20,224 nucleotides of DNA from Pseudomonadota bacterium (GCA_043767805.1 JAYUGC010000192.1:1-20224); one strand, 5' to 3'; shown: positions 1 through 10,000, counted from the first letter of the stretch. Notes: a model not told the origin generated them from the letters alone. Program-made: numbers and translations.

Positions 1-66
1 CTTAATGCGGTGGGTATATCCGATGCGTCACAGGGGGTCGGATACGTAAAATCTTAGGGGGTTTTC

Positions 67-2634
67 GTGGCAAAGCATCTCGGTTTGTTCGCGGTCTTGG
101 CTCTAACGTGCCTCTCGGGCACGGCCCACGCGGGGGTTTACTCCTTCGGCGGTGCCTGCGCCTCTCTGGGTTCCTGGTCCCAAGCGGCCTTGAACCAAAC
201 TCAGACCATCATCCAAGTGGTCGAGACCCTCAAAGACAACCCCGACTGCAAAGGCATCGAGTCCATCGTCCCCAAGATCCAGATTGCCCAGAAGCAGATG
301 GAAAGCACGCCCGGCGAAGAAGAGCGCACGGATCGCACGGAGAGCATTCCGAACGAAGTAAGCGCCCTTCGCGGTGTCGCCGTCTCCTCGCCCGATCTGA
401 AAGAAGACGTTTTAAAGCTGCTCGCCTCTCGCACCATGGAAGGCGCGGCGCTTTCTTCTGAAATTCCCATGGCGGCCGCCGGACCCGTGGGCGCGGCTGT
501 GGTCGGCGCGCAGGTTCTCCAAACGAAAATGCGCCGGGCGAGCCTCACCGGAATCGAAATGCTGAACCAGGCGATGGCGGTGCTTCCCAGCTACGACCGC
601 TGCCTCATCGGCCGTCCGAGCCAAGGGCTCGCCATGCTCGGCGCCGCCGTGAAACTTTCCGCCGCGTTCGCCTCCTCCGAAGAAGGGGTCGCGAGCAAGA
701 TGGGCGATACCATCGCCAATCTCGTGACCATGCTTCGTAACCGCAAGTTCACCAAAGCGCTGCGCAACCTCGACGAGACGCAGTTCTGGCTTTCCATGTC
801 CTGTCTCATGGAGACCACGGCGCAGAGCTACTGCGCGGCTCACGACGCGCGCACCATTTTGAACTACGGCATGAGCCAGATGCAGAACGCGAAGGGCACC
901 ACCGGGCAGCCGGGAAACCCGCTCGAAGGCTACTACGTTCTGACTCGCGACATTCCCGTCGTCTCGGAATGGATGCAAAAGATTCAGTTCGGCATCACGC
1001 CGAAACTCTCCTCCGACGCGACTTTCAAGAACCGCGTCTGGACGGACGTCACGAGCCTTATCACCGAGACGAACTCACTGCGCGGCTTATACTCGGAGCA
1101 GATGCTCACCTACTCGACGCTTCAAGACGTGGCTTCGAAGCGCGCGACTTTAATGAAGCTCATCCGGAGCCTCACCAGCCGGCTCCTCGGTAACGTGGAA
1201 GCGGCCGAGCAGCAGCTCAACTTTTTCACCATGACGGTCATCGAGGAAGCGATTCCCTTCAAGCTCATCGGGCTCGACCAGATTCCGCCGGAATGCGCCT
1301 CGAACGACAAAGGCCAGTTCATCATGCCCTGGGACGTGTGGATGCAGAACGGCGGTAATTTCCAACCGCAGTTCAAGGATCCGGACGCGCTCGCCAAAGT
1401 CATCGGCCAGCAGCTCGAAGAGCTCATCGGCTCCGCCCTCACCAAGGCGAGTCTCTACTTCCAACAGCGCATGATCGTCGACATGCCGAACCTCGTTTCG
1501 GAATCGGTCACGAGCCAGACGGTCACCGTGGTGCAGAGCCTGACCCAAATTGAGAAATACTTGGCGTCCCTGGAGAAAAAGATCATCGCGAGCAAGGACG
1601 ATCTCATCTTGATTCCGAATATCCGCAACACCCGCGCGCGCATCTTGAGAGTGCTGCAGAGCTATCAGGCCGTGCGCGACGTCGTCGCCAAATTGCCCGA
1701 CGATCCGCTGAAGGAAGACGCGAAAGTCGAGGAAGAGATCAAGGAAGCGTACAAGGCCATCATCGAGAAGGCCTACGAGCAGTTCAATATCTTGCTCCAA
1801 AAAGACACCTTCCTCGCCACCCGCCTGGGCACGTTCATTCACTACGACTACGCCATGCGGATCAAAAAAGGCGAGGACATGTCTCGCTACGAAGAAGACG
1901 TGCTGAAAGTCAGCGGTAAGGACTTGCTGAACCGGATCCTTCAGGTCAACAGTTCGAACCCCACCATGGCCTTAAACGATCTGTCGGCCGCGCAAGTCGT
2001 GAATAAGCGCAACCTCCGGGACTTGGAACAGCTCTTCCGGGAAAGTCTCTATCCCGTCATTGGGGAGCTCGACGGCATCGTGAAGCATTACAAGCCGAAT
2101 GATTTGGGCCGCCAGATGCTTTTCGCTCAGCGGACTTTCCGGGACAGCTTCAAGTACTCCGGTAGCAATGTGGACTTCAGAGATCCGTTCCAGCTGGGAG
2201 TCGCCTACCTCTGGGCTTTCGGAACCACGGTCCAGACGCACTTTCGTCAGCTCATGCCGGCGACTCGTAACTTTCTCTGGTCGGCGTACTTCCCTTTTCA
2301 GGTGAACCAGAAGCAGCCGTTCGCCCGCGCCGACGACGAGTTCGGTTCGTTCGATCAGTTTCGCGCGAAGCTCTGTACGCAAACTTTGGGCTTCGAAGAC
2401 CGCAAGTACTTCGCTCAAGTCTGCCGGGGATCGGAGCTGAAAAGTGCCTTCGATCTCGGCGAACATCCCATGGCGGCACGGTTCGAGCTCAGCGTGAAGT
2501 ACGACAAGTTCCTAAACGACGACACGCGGTTCGCGCCCGTGAAGAGCGATAGCATCTGCGCGTTCCACAACTACGCGCGCCGAAACCTCGTGTACTGGCT
2601 GACGCAGGATTTACCGCAGGCGACCAAGCCGTAG
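67..2634 (+). CDS. Secreted hypothetical protein, 855 aa, predominantly helical, 9 Cys in the mature chain
   Basis: Long ORF with GTG start preceded by AGGGGG (56-61). The N-terminus MAKHLGLFAVLALTCLSGTAHA is a Sec signal ending in A-H-A. Codon usage is strongly C/G-ending. I recognise no catalytic motif. Confidence 0.85.
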   Translation: MAKHLGLFAVLALTCLSGTAHAGVYSFGGACASLGSWSQAALNQTQTIIQVVETLKDNPDCKGIESIVPKIQIAQKQMESTPGEEERTDRTESIPNEVSALRGVAVSSPDLKEDVLKLLASRTMEGAALSSEIPMAAAGPVGAAVVGAQVLQTKMRRASLTGIEMLNQAMAVLPSYDRCLIGRPSQGLAMLGAAVKLSAAFASSEEGVASKMGDTIANLVTMLRNRKFTKALRNLDETQFWLSMSCLMETTAQSYCAAHDARTILNYGMSQMQNAKGTTGQPGNPLEGYYVLTRDIPVVSEWMQKIQFGITPKLSSDATFKNRVWTDVTSLITETNSLRGLYSEQMLTYSTLQDVASKRATLMKLIRSLTSRLLGNVEAAEQQLNFFTMTVIEEAIPFKLIGLDQIPPECASNDKGQFIMPWDVWMQNGGNFQPQFKDPDALAKVIGQQLEELIGSALTKASLYFQQRMIVDMPNLVSESVTSQTVTVVQSLTQIEKYLASLEKKIIASKDDLILIPNIRNTRARILRVLQSYQAVRDVVAKLPDDPLKEDAKVEEEIKEAYKAIIEKAYEQFNILLQKDTFLATRLGTFIHYDYAMRIKKGEDMSRYEEDVLKVSGKDLLNRILQVNSSNPTMALNDLSAAQVVNKRNLRDLEQLFRESLYPVIGELDGIVKHYKPNDLGRQMLFAQRTFRDSFKYSGSNVDFRDPFQLGVAYLWAFGTTVQTHFRQLMPATRNFLWSAYFPFQVNQKQPFARADDEFGSFDQFRAKLCTQTLGFEDRKYFAQVCRGSELKSAFDLGEHPMAARFELSVKYDKFLNDDTRFAPVKSDSICAFHNYARRNLVYWLTQDLPQATKP

Positions 2635-2647
2635 GGTTCGGAGAAGG

Positions 2648-3898
2648 TCAGTTCTTCAGGGCGTCCCGGAGCTCCTCGTTTTCGAGAATTTCTTCGGTAA
2701 GGGTACCGTCGGGATCGCCATGCTGACGGATGTGTTCGCGAAGCTTTACGTTTTCTTGATCGAAGAAGTTGTTAACCGCCGGGCTACCACCCGGGCGTTC
2801 GTGATATTTCTGCAGGATCTTCTTTGAAGTCTCTGGCTCGGTGATCTTTTTCAGAAGGCTCGTCGCCTCTTCCTGAGCGATGCGGCGGTCGGACGAAAGC
2901 AGGAAAGTAGTGGCCTTCACCACGCCAAAGGAAGCACTCGCGATGGCCATGCCGAAATAGATATTTCGCAAAGTGGAAGCGCCATAATTAAAGCTGGCGC
3001 GGCTTCCAAAGGTGGACCAAAGATGCTGGCGAAGCCCACCCGGCTGTTCTTTCTCCGCCAGCCAGAGATCGCGTCCCTGAGCGGTCAGGTGGTATCTCTT
3101 CAGCGGATCATAGGTGGGCCAGGCTAGCAGGAAGGGAAATCGCAAGCCGGCTTTCCACCACTGAAACTTCGGAATGGTATCGGCTGGTAAAACAAGGGGC
3201 TCTTCGAAGTGCTGATTCCACTCGTGAACGAAGGCGTAATCTCTCTTGGCCGAATTCTCGACCACATCGATGACCTGTTTCGGATAAGAAGCGTTGCTAC
3301 TGCCGAAAGGGAGACTTCGAATCGGGGAGCGTTGCCGGAGCTCCGCGACTTCAGCCTCGCGTACGGCTTTGGCTAGGAAAAGGAGATTGTCCCTGACTTC
3401 GCTCATGGCTTTTGGAGCCTTGTGAGGAAAGTAAAGGGCGAGCCGAGTGGGACTTCGCCGAAAAACCCCTCCCCATTTGAGAGTAGCACCTGGCGCACGT
3501 GCCCAGGGCCAGAGAAATTTCTTACCAACCGTTTCCACCGATTGGGAATCACGCAGCTGCTTCAAGGCTTCGCTCAAAAGCGGGCCTTCCCCTTGAATGG
3601 CATCGAAGAGCGCGACCTGGCTCTCGAGAGAGGGATGCTCCTTGATCGCTTTGAGAATCGCCACATCTCTCTCGGCGCCCGAGGAAGCGCTCAAAGTCAG
3701 CTTCCATCGGGCCAAGGCTTCCGCCGAAGCGTCAAAATCGAAAGCTATTTTAGCGGGAGGGGCGGAAACGTTTTGTTTGGTGGGCGCCGAGCCGGCGAGC
3801 TGGCGAGCGGCAGGCGCGCACTCAGGAAGACCGCCGGAATACGCAAAAGGCGCACCAAAAAGGAGGAAGAAGAATAGAATTAGGCTTCTACTTTTCAT
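2648..3898 (-). CDS. Secreted or membrane-associated hypothetical protein, 416 aa
   Basis: Start moved from 3958 to ATG 3898. That gives the signal peptide MKSRSLILFFFLLFGAPFAYS and an 11-bp overlap with the upstream gene, whose stop is at 3888-3890. There is a hydrophobic segment NIYFGMAIASASFGVVKATTFLL in the C-terminal third and a single Cys (ECAPAARQL). Confidence 0.8.
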   Translation of the reverse strand: MKSRSLILFFFLLFGAPFAYSGGLPECAPAARQLAGSAPTKQNVSAPPAKIAFDFDASAEALARWKLTLSASSGAERDVAILKAIKEHPSLESQVALFDAIQGEGPLLSEALKQLRDSQSVETVGKKFLWPWARAPGATLKWGGVFRRSPTRLALYFPHKAPKAMSEVRDNLLFLAKAVREAEVAELRQRSPIRSLPFGSSNASYPKQVIDVVENSAKRDYAFVHEWNQHFEEPLVLPADTIPKFQWWKAGLRFPFLLAWPTYDPLKRYHLTAQGRDLWLAEKEQPGGLRQHLWSTFGSRASFNYGASTLRNIYFGMAIASASFGVVKATTFLLSSDRRIAQEEATSLLKKITEPETSKKILQKYHERPGGSPAVNNFFDQENVKLREHIRQHGDPDGTLTEEILENEELRDALKN

Positions 3899-4931
3899 CG
3901 GTTTCAGCGCCGCCGATATCGTACAGGGGTTTGAACCAAAGAAGTTCGGTTTGGGCATTTAACGTAGTGGCTTCGCCCACCGAAATGCCGAAAGGCTCGT
4001 AAACGTAAATGTCCGAGCCGAGATAAGGAACGTACTCGTAGCCTTTGGGCCCGGTCCAGGCGAGATGGCTCCCGCTTCCGATGCGCTTATGCATGGAGCC
4101 CATCCAAGTCCCGCCGTTTTTGGAGAGGGTGGTCGTCGTGGGCAGCGGAATTTCGACCGCCCATCCCTGGTACAGACCTTCGAGATCGCTCATTTTAACT
4201 TTCTTGAAGTTTGAGTGATCGCTAACGAGAAACTCACTTCCGCCGAAGGAAAATTCGAGTTTTCCCTTTTCCTTCTTCTCAATTTGTCCGCCCATGAAAA
4301 TACTAAGCACCGCTTCCGTTTTCATGGCCTTGCCGTCGGTGACATCCATCCGATGACCGAAGGTCAAGCAGAGACGCCCTTTGAGTCCGGCAGTGACCCA
4401 TTTGATTCGTAGCAGACCGACTTCGGCTCCAATAAAACAAACGTTATAAGCAGCCACCAGAAGCTTGGTCCCCTTTTCGAAGCCAAAATCTTCCGGTTTC
4501 TTTTCCAATTTCTTATGGGCTTTGGCGGCCTCCATCACTTTCGTTCTTTTGTCCGCAATGAGCTTGAGAGCCTTTTCCTTGTCCTCGGAGTCCGGGCGCG
4601 CCTTGATCTCCGCTTCCTGGTCGTCGAAGAAGGCAATGACGTCACGATACAGTCCAAGAGCCTCACCCGGGACGAACTCGACCTCATGCTTCAACTTGGG
4701 ATCGACGACTTCCGGCACTTCGCCTTTTGCCCCATTGAGCCCGTTTTCACTCGGCGCGAGGCCCGTGCGGTCGCCCCCGGGAGCCGCCTTAGCCTCTTCA
4801 TGAGATTTACCGGTAGCCACCGGGCTGACAGGCTGGCCACGCTCAGAGCCCCCTTTGGGGCCGTCCTGCGCCTGCAGGGTGCTGGCGGCGAGGCAGAGTA
4901 GGCACAAGATATGAAGTTTTGAGCGTGTCAT
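3888..4931 (-). CDS. Secreted hypothetical protein, 347 aa; low-complexity N-terminus and beta-rich C-terminal domain
   Basis: Start moved from 5054 to ATG 4931, which has an RBS-like AGGGG just upstream and gives the signal peptide MTRSKLHILCLLCLAASTLQA. The C-terminal half has alternating Gly/hydrophobic strands and two Cys. Confidence 0.8.
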   Translation of the reverse strand: MTRSKLHILCLLCLAASTLQAQDGPKGGSERGQPVSPVATGKSHEEAKAAPGGDRTGLAPSENGLNGAKGEVPEVVDPKLKHEVEFVPGEALGLYRDVIAFFDDQEAEIKARPDSEDKEKALKLIADKRTKVMEAAKAHKKLEKKPEDFGFEKGTKLLVAAYNVCFIGAEVGLLRIKWVTAGLKGRLCLTFGHRMDVTDGKAMKTEAVLSIFMGGQIEKKEKGKLEFSFGGSEFLVSDHSNFKKVKMSDLEGLYQGWAVEIPLPTTTTLSKNGGTWMGSMHKRIGSGSHLAWTGPKGYEYVPYLGSDIYVYEPFGISVGEATTLNAQTELLWFKPLYDIGGAETDEK

Positions 4932-4981
4932 GAGTCCCCTATCGTCCATTCCCGAGCTTTGGTTTGATCTCCGTAAATTGT

Positions 4982-4997
4982 TGCAAATTGCGTTCCC
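4982..4997 (-). promoter_or_regulatory. Putative sigma-54 (RpoN) -24/-12 promoter for the 347-aa/416-aa gene pair
   Basis: The minus strand reads GGGAACGCAATTTGCA, i.e. GG-N10-GC with TTGCA, close to the consensus TGGCACG-N4-TTGCW. It lies about 50 bp upstream of ATG 4931. Confidence 0.6.
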
Positions 4998-5183
4998 TGC
5001 TACCCGAAACGGCGTAGGCACGGCTTTCTTCGCGCACGCATCGAATACAGGCATCGGCTCTGTCCAAGTAGCAACAAGATGTCCACTAATGGAATTATTT
5101 CGAGGGTCCAGGCGGACGAGGTTTCTCGATCTTATTGGTTATGACGACGATAAGGATGGGATTATCGACGATTAAAGAGCGCG

Positions 5184-5211
5184 CGAGGAGGCACCGGCGG
5201 TGCCTCTCTCG
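5184..5211 (-). terminator. GC-rich hairpin downstream of the 594-aa gene; possible terminator or mRNA 3'-end stabiliser
   Basis: CGAG-GAGGCACC-ggc-GGTGCCTC-t-CTCG forms an 8-bp perfect stem extended by 4 bp past a bulge. It lies 25 bp after the stop at 5237. The U-tract on the minus strand is weak (CGCGCTCTTTAA). Confidence 0.45.
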
Positions 5212-5236
5212 ACTGGAGATAGGCGAATTTCAGAAA

Positions 5237-7021
5237 CTATTTCTTGGGACGAGTCCCACGAATGTCCGAAAGGACTCGGCCAAAACGAGCGAGGATTTCC
5301 ACTTCCCCGTCCGTGGAGCGAATGTCTTTGACCGTCTGAGTGACGGCTTGAAGCTCCGCTTCGGTGAGGTCCATCCGGAGAGCCGTATCGAAAACTTCCC
5401 GGATCTCCTTCAGTTTCTCTTCCCGCGTCACTCTGGTGAAATGCCGGTTGATCACCGAATCTCTCAACCGCTGCAATTCCTTCGTCGCGTCGTGCGGAGC
5501 CGCCTTCACAGCGGGTGCTTCTTCCTTTTCCGCGACAGTCTCGGTTTTGAGCTTAGGAAGCGGCACTTCCTCCTCCACGTAGGAGACGGGCACTTTGGTA
5601 TCAATAGCGGTAAGGGTCATTCTCCCCGCTCTCGAGCGGTCCACAGTCAGCACTAGCGCGAGATGTTCTCCCGTCGGCAGTACCGCCATCGTCATATAAT
5701 GCTGCTTCGCAAAGCCGGTGGTGGGTTTTCCGCCGTAGACTTCTCGGGCGATCTCCCTAATTTTTTCCATCGGACCAGGCAACTCCGGCTTCGTTTGACC
5801 GCCCTCACTTTTAACTATTTTGGTAAAGTTCCGGGCAACGAGCGTTCCCCCAAACTTCTTGCAGGCGGCGGCTCCCACAAAACCACCAGCCGCCAGGCCT
5901 GCGGCGAATTCAACGCCGGTAGCCCCGTATCGAGATAGCCCTAGATACTTCTCCCCTTTGCGCCGGAGCTCATCATGAGAAAAGACGCCTTTGAACTCAT
6001 AGGCGTCAGGATGTTCGTTCTTCTCTCTGCGAAATGCCGAAAATTCGTTATTTAAAGTCGTCTGATTGACGTGGCCGGGCTCCCGGTAAGCCAGCTGCCT
6101 TTCCCATCTCGTGACGGCCTCCATGCTGAGGGAGTACTCGCTCTCGCTTTCGCGGCGTGCGATGTTCGAAGGAGCATAAGCGATATCTCTAGCGCCGAAC
6201 CGAGGCGTATTTCCCACCTTCGCTTGAGCTTCAAAAAAATTTCTCTCCGCAGTCATCGCGGACTCGATTTGCTGATCCGTAACCGTGCCCTTGGACTTCA
6301 GATCGTTTAAAACACCGCGGTAGAGCTCGAGATGCTTATCCACCGTTCCCGCGACGGATTGACCGGCTTCCTTGAGAATGGCGCGGTCGACTGTCGCCTC
6401 TCTGTTTCCTATCATTTCCACGGCACCTACTCCAGCCGCGAGACCAAGTGTGCCACCGGCGCCCAGCACACAGGTGAGAAAACCGCTCTGTTTGAGTTTC
6501 GAATCGTATTTAATCTTCGTAAGGACTTCCATCGTCTCCAAAAGGCTTTTGATGACTTCGTGATCCGAGGTCGAAAAGTATCCGGCGTCGCGCAGCCCAT
6601 TGCCCTCTTTTTCCAGGCTCTTTCGGACGGCCCCGACACGCTGCTTCAGAACGGTGTAATCCTCTTCGGACAATCCGCCTCTGGTCGCGGACCGATCGCC
6701 AATTTCATAGGAGGCTAAAAGCCCATGGTCGTCCTTCGCGGACACCGGCGGACGCTCGCCGCTCAATTGACCCGTTCGTTCGGCCGCAAGAGAGGATTGC
6801 ATGTCGCTCTCGATGGCATCCTCCAGGAGCTGGAGGTGGGCAATCGCATTCGCCCCGGCGGAGGCTCGCTCCTCAGGGCTCAATCCATCGACCCCACGCT
6901 TTATAAGATCCGACATCGCAAACGCGCACACACTACTCATGTGCTTACCGTCATCCGCGAAAAGAAGACGGCTTGGCATCACTAGCGTAGCGATAAGATA
7001 GGCTAGCAAAAGAGCGCGCAT
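5237..7021 (-). CDS. Secreted hypothetical protein, 594 aa, with two Gly-rich hydrophobic helices; paralog of 10772-13042
   Basis: The ATG is 3 bp after the stop of the AAA+ gene, with RBS GGAGG. Signal peptide MRALLLAYLIATLVMPSRLLFA. Gly-zipper-like segments FLTCVLGAGGTLGLAAGVGAV and GVEFAAGLAAGGFVGAAAC. Collinear similarity to the 756-aa protein. Confidence 0.85.
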   Translation of the reverse strand: MRALLLAYLIATLVMPSRLLFADDGKHMSSVCAFAMSDLIKRGVDGLSPEERASAGANAIAHLQLLEDAIESDMQSSLAAERTGQLSGERPPVSAKDDHGLLASYEIGDRSATRGGLSEEDYTVLKQRVGAVRKSLEKEGNGLRDAGYFSTSDHEVIKSLLETMEVLTKIKYDSKLKQSGFLTCVLGAGGTLGLAAGVGAVEMIGNREATVDRAILKEAGQSVAGTVDKHLELYRGVLNDLKSKGTVTDQQIESAMTAERNFFEAQAKVGNTPRFGARDIAYAPSNIARRESESEYSLSMEAVTRWERQLAYREPGHVNQTTLNNEFSAFRREKNEHPDAYEFKGVFSHDELRRKGEKYLGLSRYGATGVEFAAGLAAGGFVGAAACKKFGGTLVARNFTKIVKSEGGQTKPELPGPMEKIREIAREVYGGKPTTGFAKQHYMTMAVLPTGEHLALVLTVDRSRAGRMTLTAIDTKVPVSYVEEEVPLPKLKTETVAEKEEAPAVKAAPHDATKELQRLRDSVINRHFTRVTREEKLKEIREVFDTALRMDLTEAELQAVTQTVKDIRSTDGEVEILARFGRVLSDIRGTRPKK

Positions 7022-7024
7022 GGT

Positions 7025-10000
7025 CTATTTCCCTCCGATGCCGATTTTGGGAATTAGATCCGACGCCCGGACGGGATGCCACTCCACGCCTTTTCTCGCG
7101 CTCAAGGGGATGTCTCTATCCAAGATCCGGCGCAACGGGGTCGAACAACCTCCCCATCGAACTAAATTGGTAAGGACTCCCGGCCGAAGGCTCTCATAAA
7201 GGTCATCGTACTTGGCCGGATTACGAACCAAGCTGGCGAAAAGCATTAACATGTTCCGCCGCCCGATTTTTTGCAGCGAAGGAAAGAGGTTGACGACGTA
7301 CTCATCGAGATTCTTTTTGGCCTCGTAATCATTCTTGAGCCACAAATACAGCATGCCTAAATTGTACCCTTTGCGCGGAGTCGCCCTGTTGACGGCTTCC
7401 ATTATCTCGTCGCGAATCGAATCTCTCATTTGCGGATCTACATTCCTATAAAACTCCGCAAAGTCGCTGGTAGGGTCTCCCGCGGGAAGTTTTTTCACGA
7501 ACTCGTGAAATTGATCGAGCTGAGTTGCTCTGGCTTCCGTGGCTTTCGCCGCCAGGAGGTTTCTCTCGCCTTGAGTGCTCTCGAAAGCCAATTTCTTTTC
7601 CAGCTCCGCTTTGTCGACCTTGGCCTTTGCGTCCGCCTTCCTTTGCTCATCCAGTTCTTTCAGAGTCGCGGGAACCGCTTCCGCGGCGTAAAGGGACGGG
7701 TTCTCGGCGGCCCAAACATAGGATCGTTTGTCGGGATACTCCGCTTCCGCCTGGAGATCCTTGGAAGGCCTAAAATGATGGAGATACCCTGGGCCGATAA
7801 CCTTTTTACTCGTATATTTTCCCCAGTTTTCGGCGGTCGCCGCCCCACGAAGGATCTTGCCGCCCTCCTGCGTATACTCGGGATGCATCGTCCTCAGTTT
7901 GAGAACGTTATTATCTCCGTCCAATTTTTCATTGATGATACCGATATTCATCATGATGGGAGTACTCGGGTTTTTAGCCCGTTCGGTATCCACGTAAAGG
8001 TTAAGCTGGGTAAGCAAGTCGCCCATCACTTGCCTTACGTGTTCGATGACGACGTTGGGTCCCAATTCCGCGCTGTCCCCTTCCCGGACGAACAAGGCGG
8101 GAACATTTTCATGAATGAAGAGGTCGCCGCTGAATTTGACTCCCTCGCTTATCTTCTTGCTCTTCCAATCCTCGTACAAATTCTTCATCGTGGTCGTTGC
8201 ATGATTTAAGAGAAGCGGAGCCCTGGCGGGACCAATAAAGACAGGCCCCCGCGCTCCCTCGAGTCTTCTTCGGGTAGAGCCTTGAGGTCCATGGGCCGCC
8301 GTTTCACTAATCAAGGGCCTAAAGAGGTCCGGGAAATGCTCGCTGAACATTTCGGCAGGCCAGGACGCAAATTCGGGTCTTCTTAAGAGCTCGTCGTACC
8401 AGTCAGCATACTCATTCCAGCCTACCTTGCGCCCACTCGCGAGAACGTTGGCAACCCGCTGCTTAATTTCCTGCTCTAACTTGAGCACATTGGTGGTCCA
8501 CACTACCAGCATGTTGCCGAAGAATTTGCCGTTGGTCGTAACTGAGAAATTCGTCACGGCCTTTCGCACGATTTCTCGGGCGGCCGTGGGATTCATCGCC
8601 AGCATCTGGGCGAACTGAATTTTTGAGTCCTTCGAGTTCTTGAGATGCTGGATCCAGTCTTCCGGATTATTTTTGAATCTTTCGAGGCGCTGCGCAAAGT
8701 CTTTTGAAAATTCGGCAAGTTTTCCGGCATCCAGCTCGTTATTGACGAAATCCTGGACCGCATGGATCGCCGCGGTGGTTTCCAGAGCATCATCAATCGA
8801 TCGTTCGTAGTCCTTTTCGAGCTTAATCAGTTCGGCGAGCAAGGCTTCCGTCTGCTTCATCTCATCCCGGTGAACCTGCTGTTCCTTTTTTCCCCACGCC
8901 TTTTTGGTCTCGACGCTGTCTTGTACGGCCTTCTTTTCCCTGACAATTCTTGGCTCGAGGTCGGCAAGGTCATGGTCCAGCTTGGTGATGTGCCCGGTGA
9001 GAGCGTCGGCCGCCATTTTCCGGAACGCATTGATACTCGCGTTCAAAGACGCTTCTTTTGCCTCGACATAGCCAACCGTGCCTCTTCGAGAGTGGCTGGG
9101 ATCCGAGGTGAGATCCTTCATCATTTGCTCAAAAAAATCAGGAAGCGTGGGAGAGCCGTTTCGTAGCCGGCGGATCTCATCTTTCTTCCCATGGGTCTCG
9201 GCCCAAAGCTCAATTTGTCTGGGGCTAGCGTCCTCAAAGTCCTCGAGAGTTTCTTTAAGAGTTTCCGCCTTTTTCAAGAGGCTCTTGATTTCCGCGTCAG
9301 AAGCACTCAACTTCGTTTCCGCCTCCTTGATTTTCTGCTGCAGCTCGGCAGCTTCCTTCAGGAGAGGATCGTGTTCATACTTCGCCTTGAACTTAGCTAG
9401 CCTTTGAAACGTATCTTCAATTTCTTTTTTGTGAGATTCAGCCATTTGCTGTTCCTCACCTTCTTCAAACGTGCCTCCAGAAAGGGCACTCCAAAGTTTT
9501 TTGGTGAAATTGTTTATTTTGTCGCGGGCGCGTCTGTCCGTCTCGTACTTTTCACGGCGCTTTGTCGCTAATTCTTCATAAGTTCGCTTGAGTCCCTCGG
9601 CATCTTTTGCCTCACCAAGGGCGAGAGCGGCTTGCCAGTCATTTACCGCCGTGGCGTACTCTCTAAGATGATCCCGGTACGCTTCATAATTGCCGCCAAA
9701 TTCGCTCTCATCCCGCTGAACCGGTTTTTCCTTGCCTCTCGGTTTCAGTCTCTTTTCCTGCACCGCGATCCACGTTTCTTTGAGGTGATCGAGGTCCCTA
9801 TTCAAATCTTTCTCGAGGTCTTTGGACGGGCGCGCGAAATGGGAAGCTTCATCAAACCCGATTACGGCTGAAGTATCCAGGAAAAGCTCAAAGCGCTTGG
9901 TGAAGGAAAGCTTGGGGCCATTGATGGCCTCTATTTCCTTGAGGTCTTTGCCGTATTCGTCGACGATCGTGAGGTTCATTTCCTTCGTCGCGGTTCCGTT

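Noticed and set aside
1..26. TCCGATGC upstream of the first gene as a sigma-28 -10 box
   Set aside because: It is a weak match, and the -35 position falls at or beyond the window edge, so it cannot be supported.
4872..4905. Cys residues in the 347-aa N-terminus (LCLLCLAAS) as a lipobox
   Set aside because: The Cys lie inside the hydrophobic core without an L-[AS]-[AG]-C context. An SPase I site (LQA|QD) is more plausible.
9950..9979. MNLTIVDEYG in the 1134-aa protein looks like a Walker B motif
   Set aside because: By spacing from Walker A it fits strand 2 of Clp NBD2 (the RIDMSEY-like segment). The later SAVIGFDE fits Walker B better. I do not count it as a second ATPase site.
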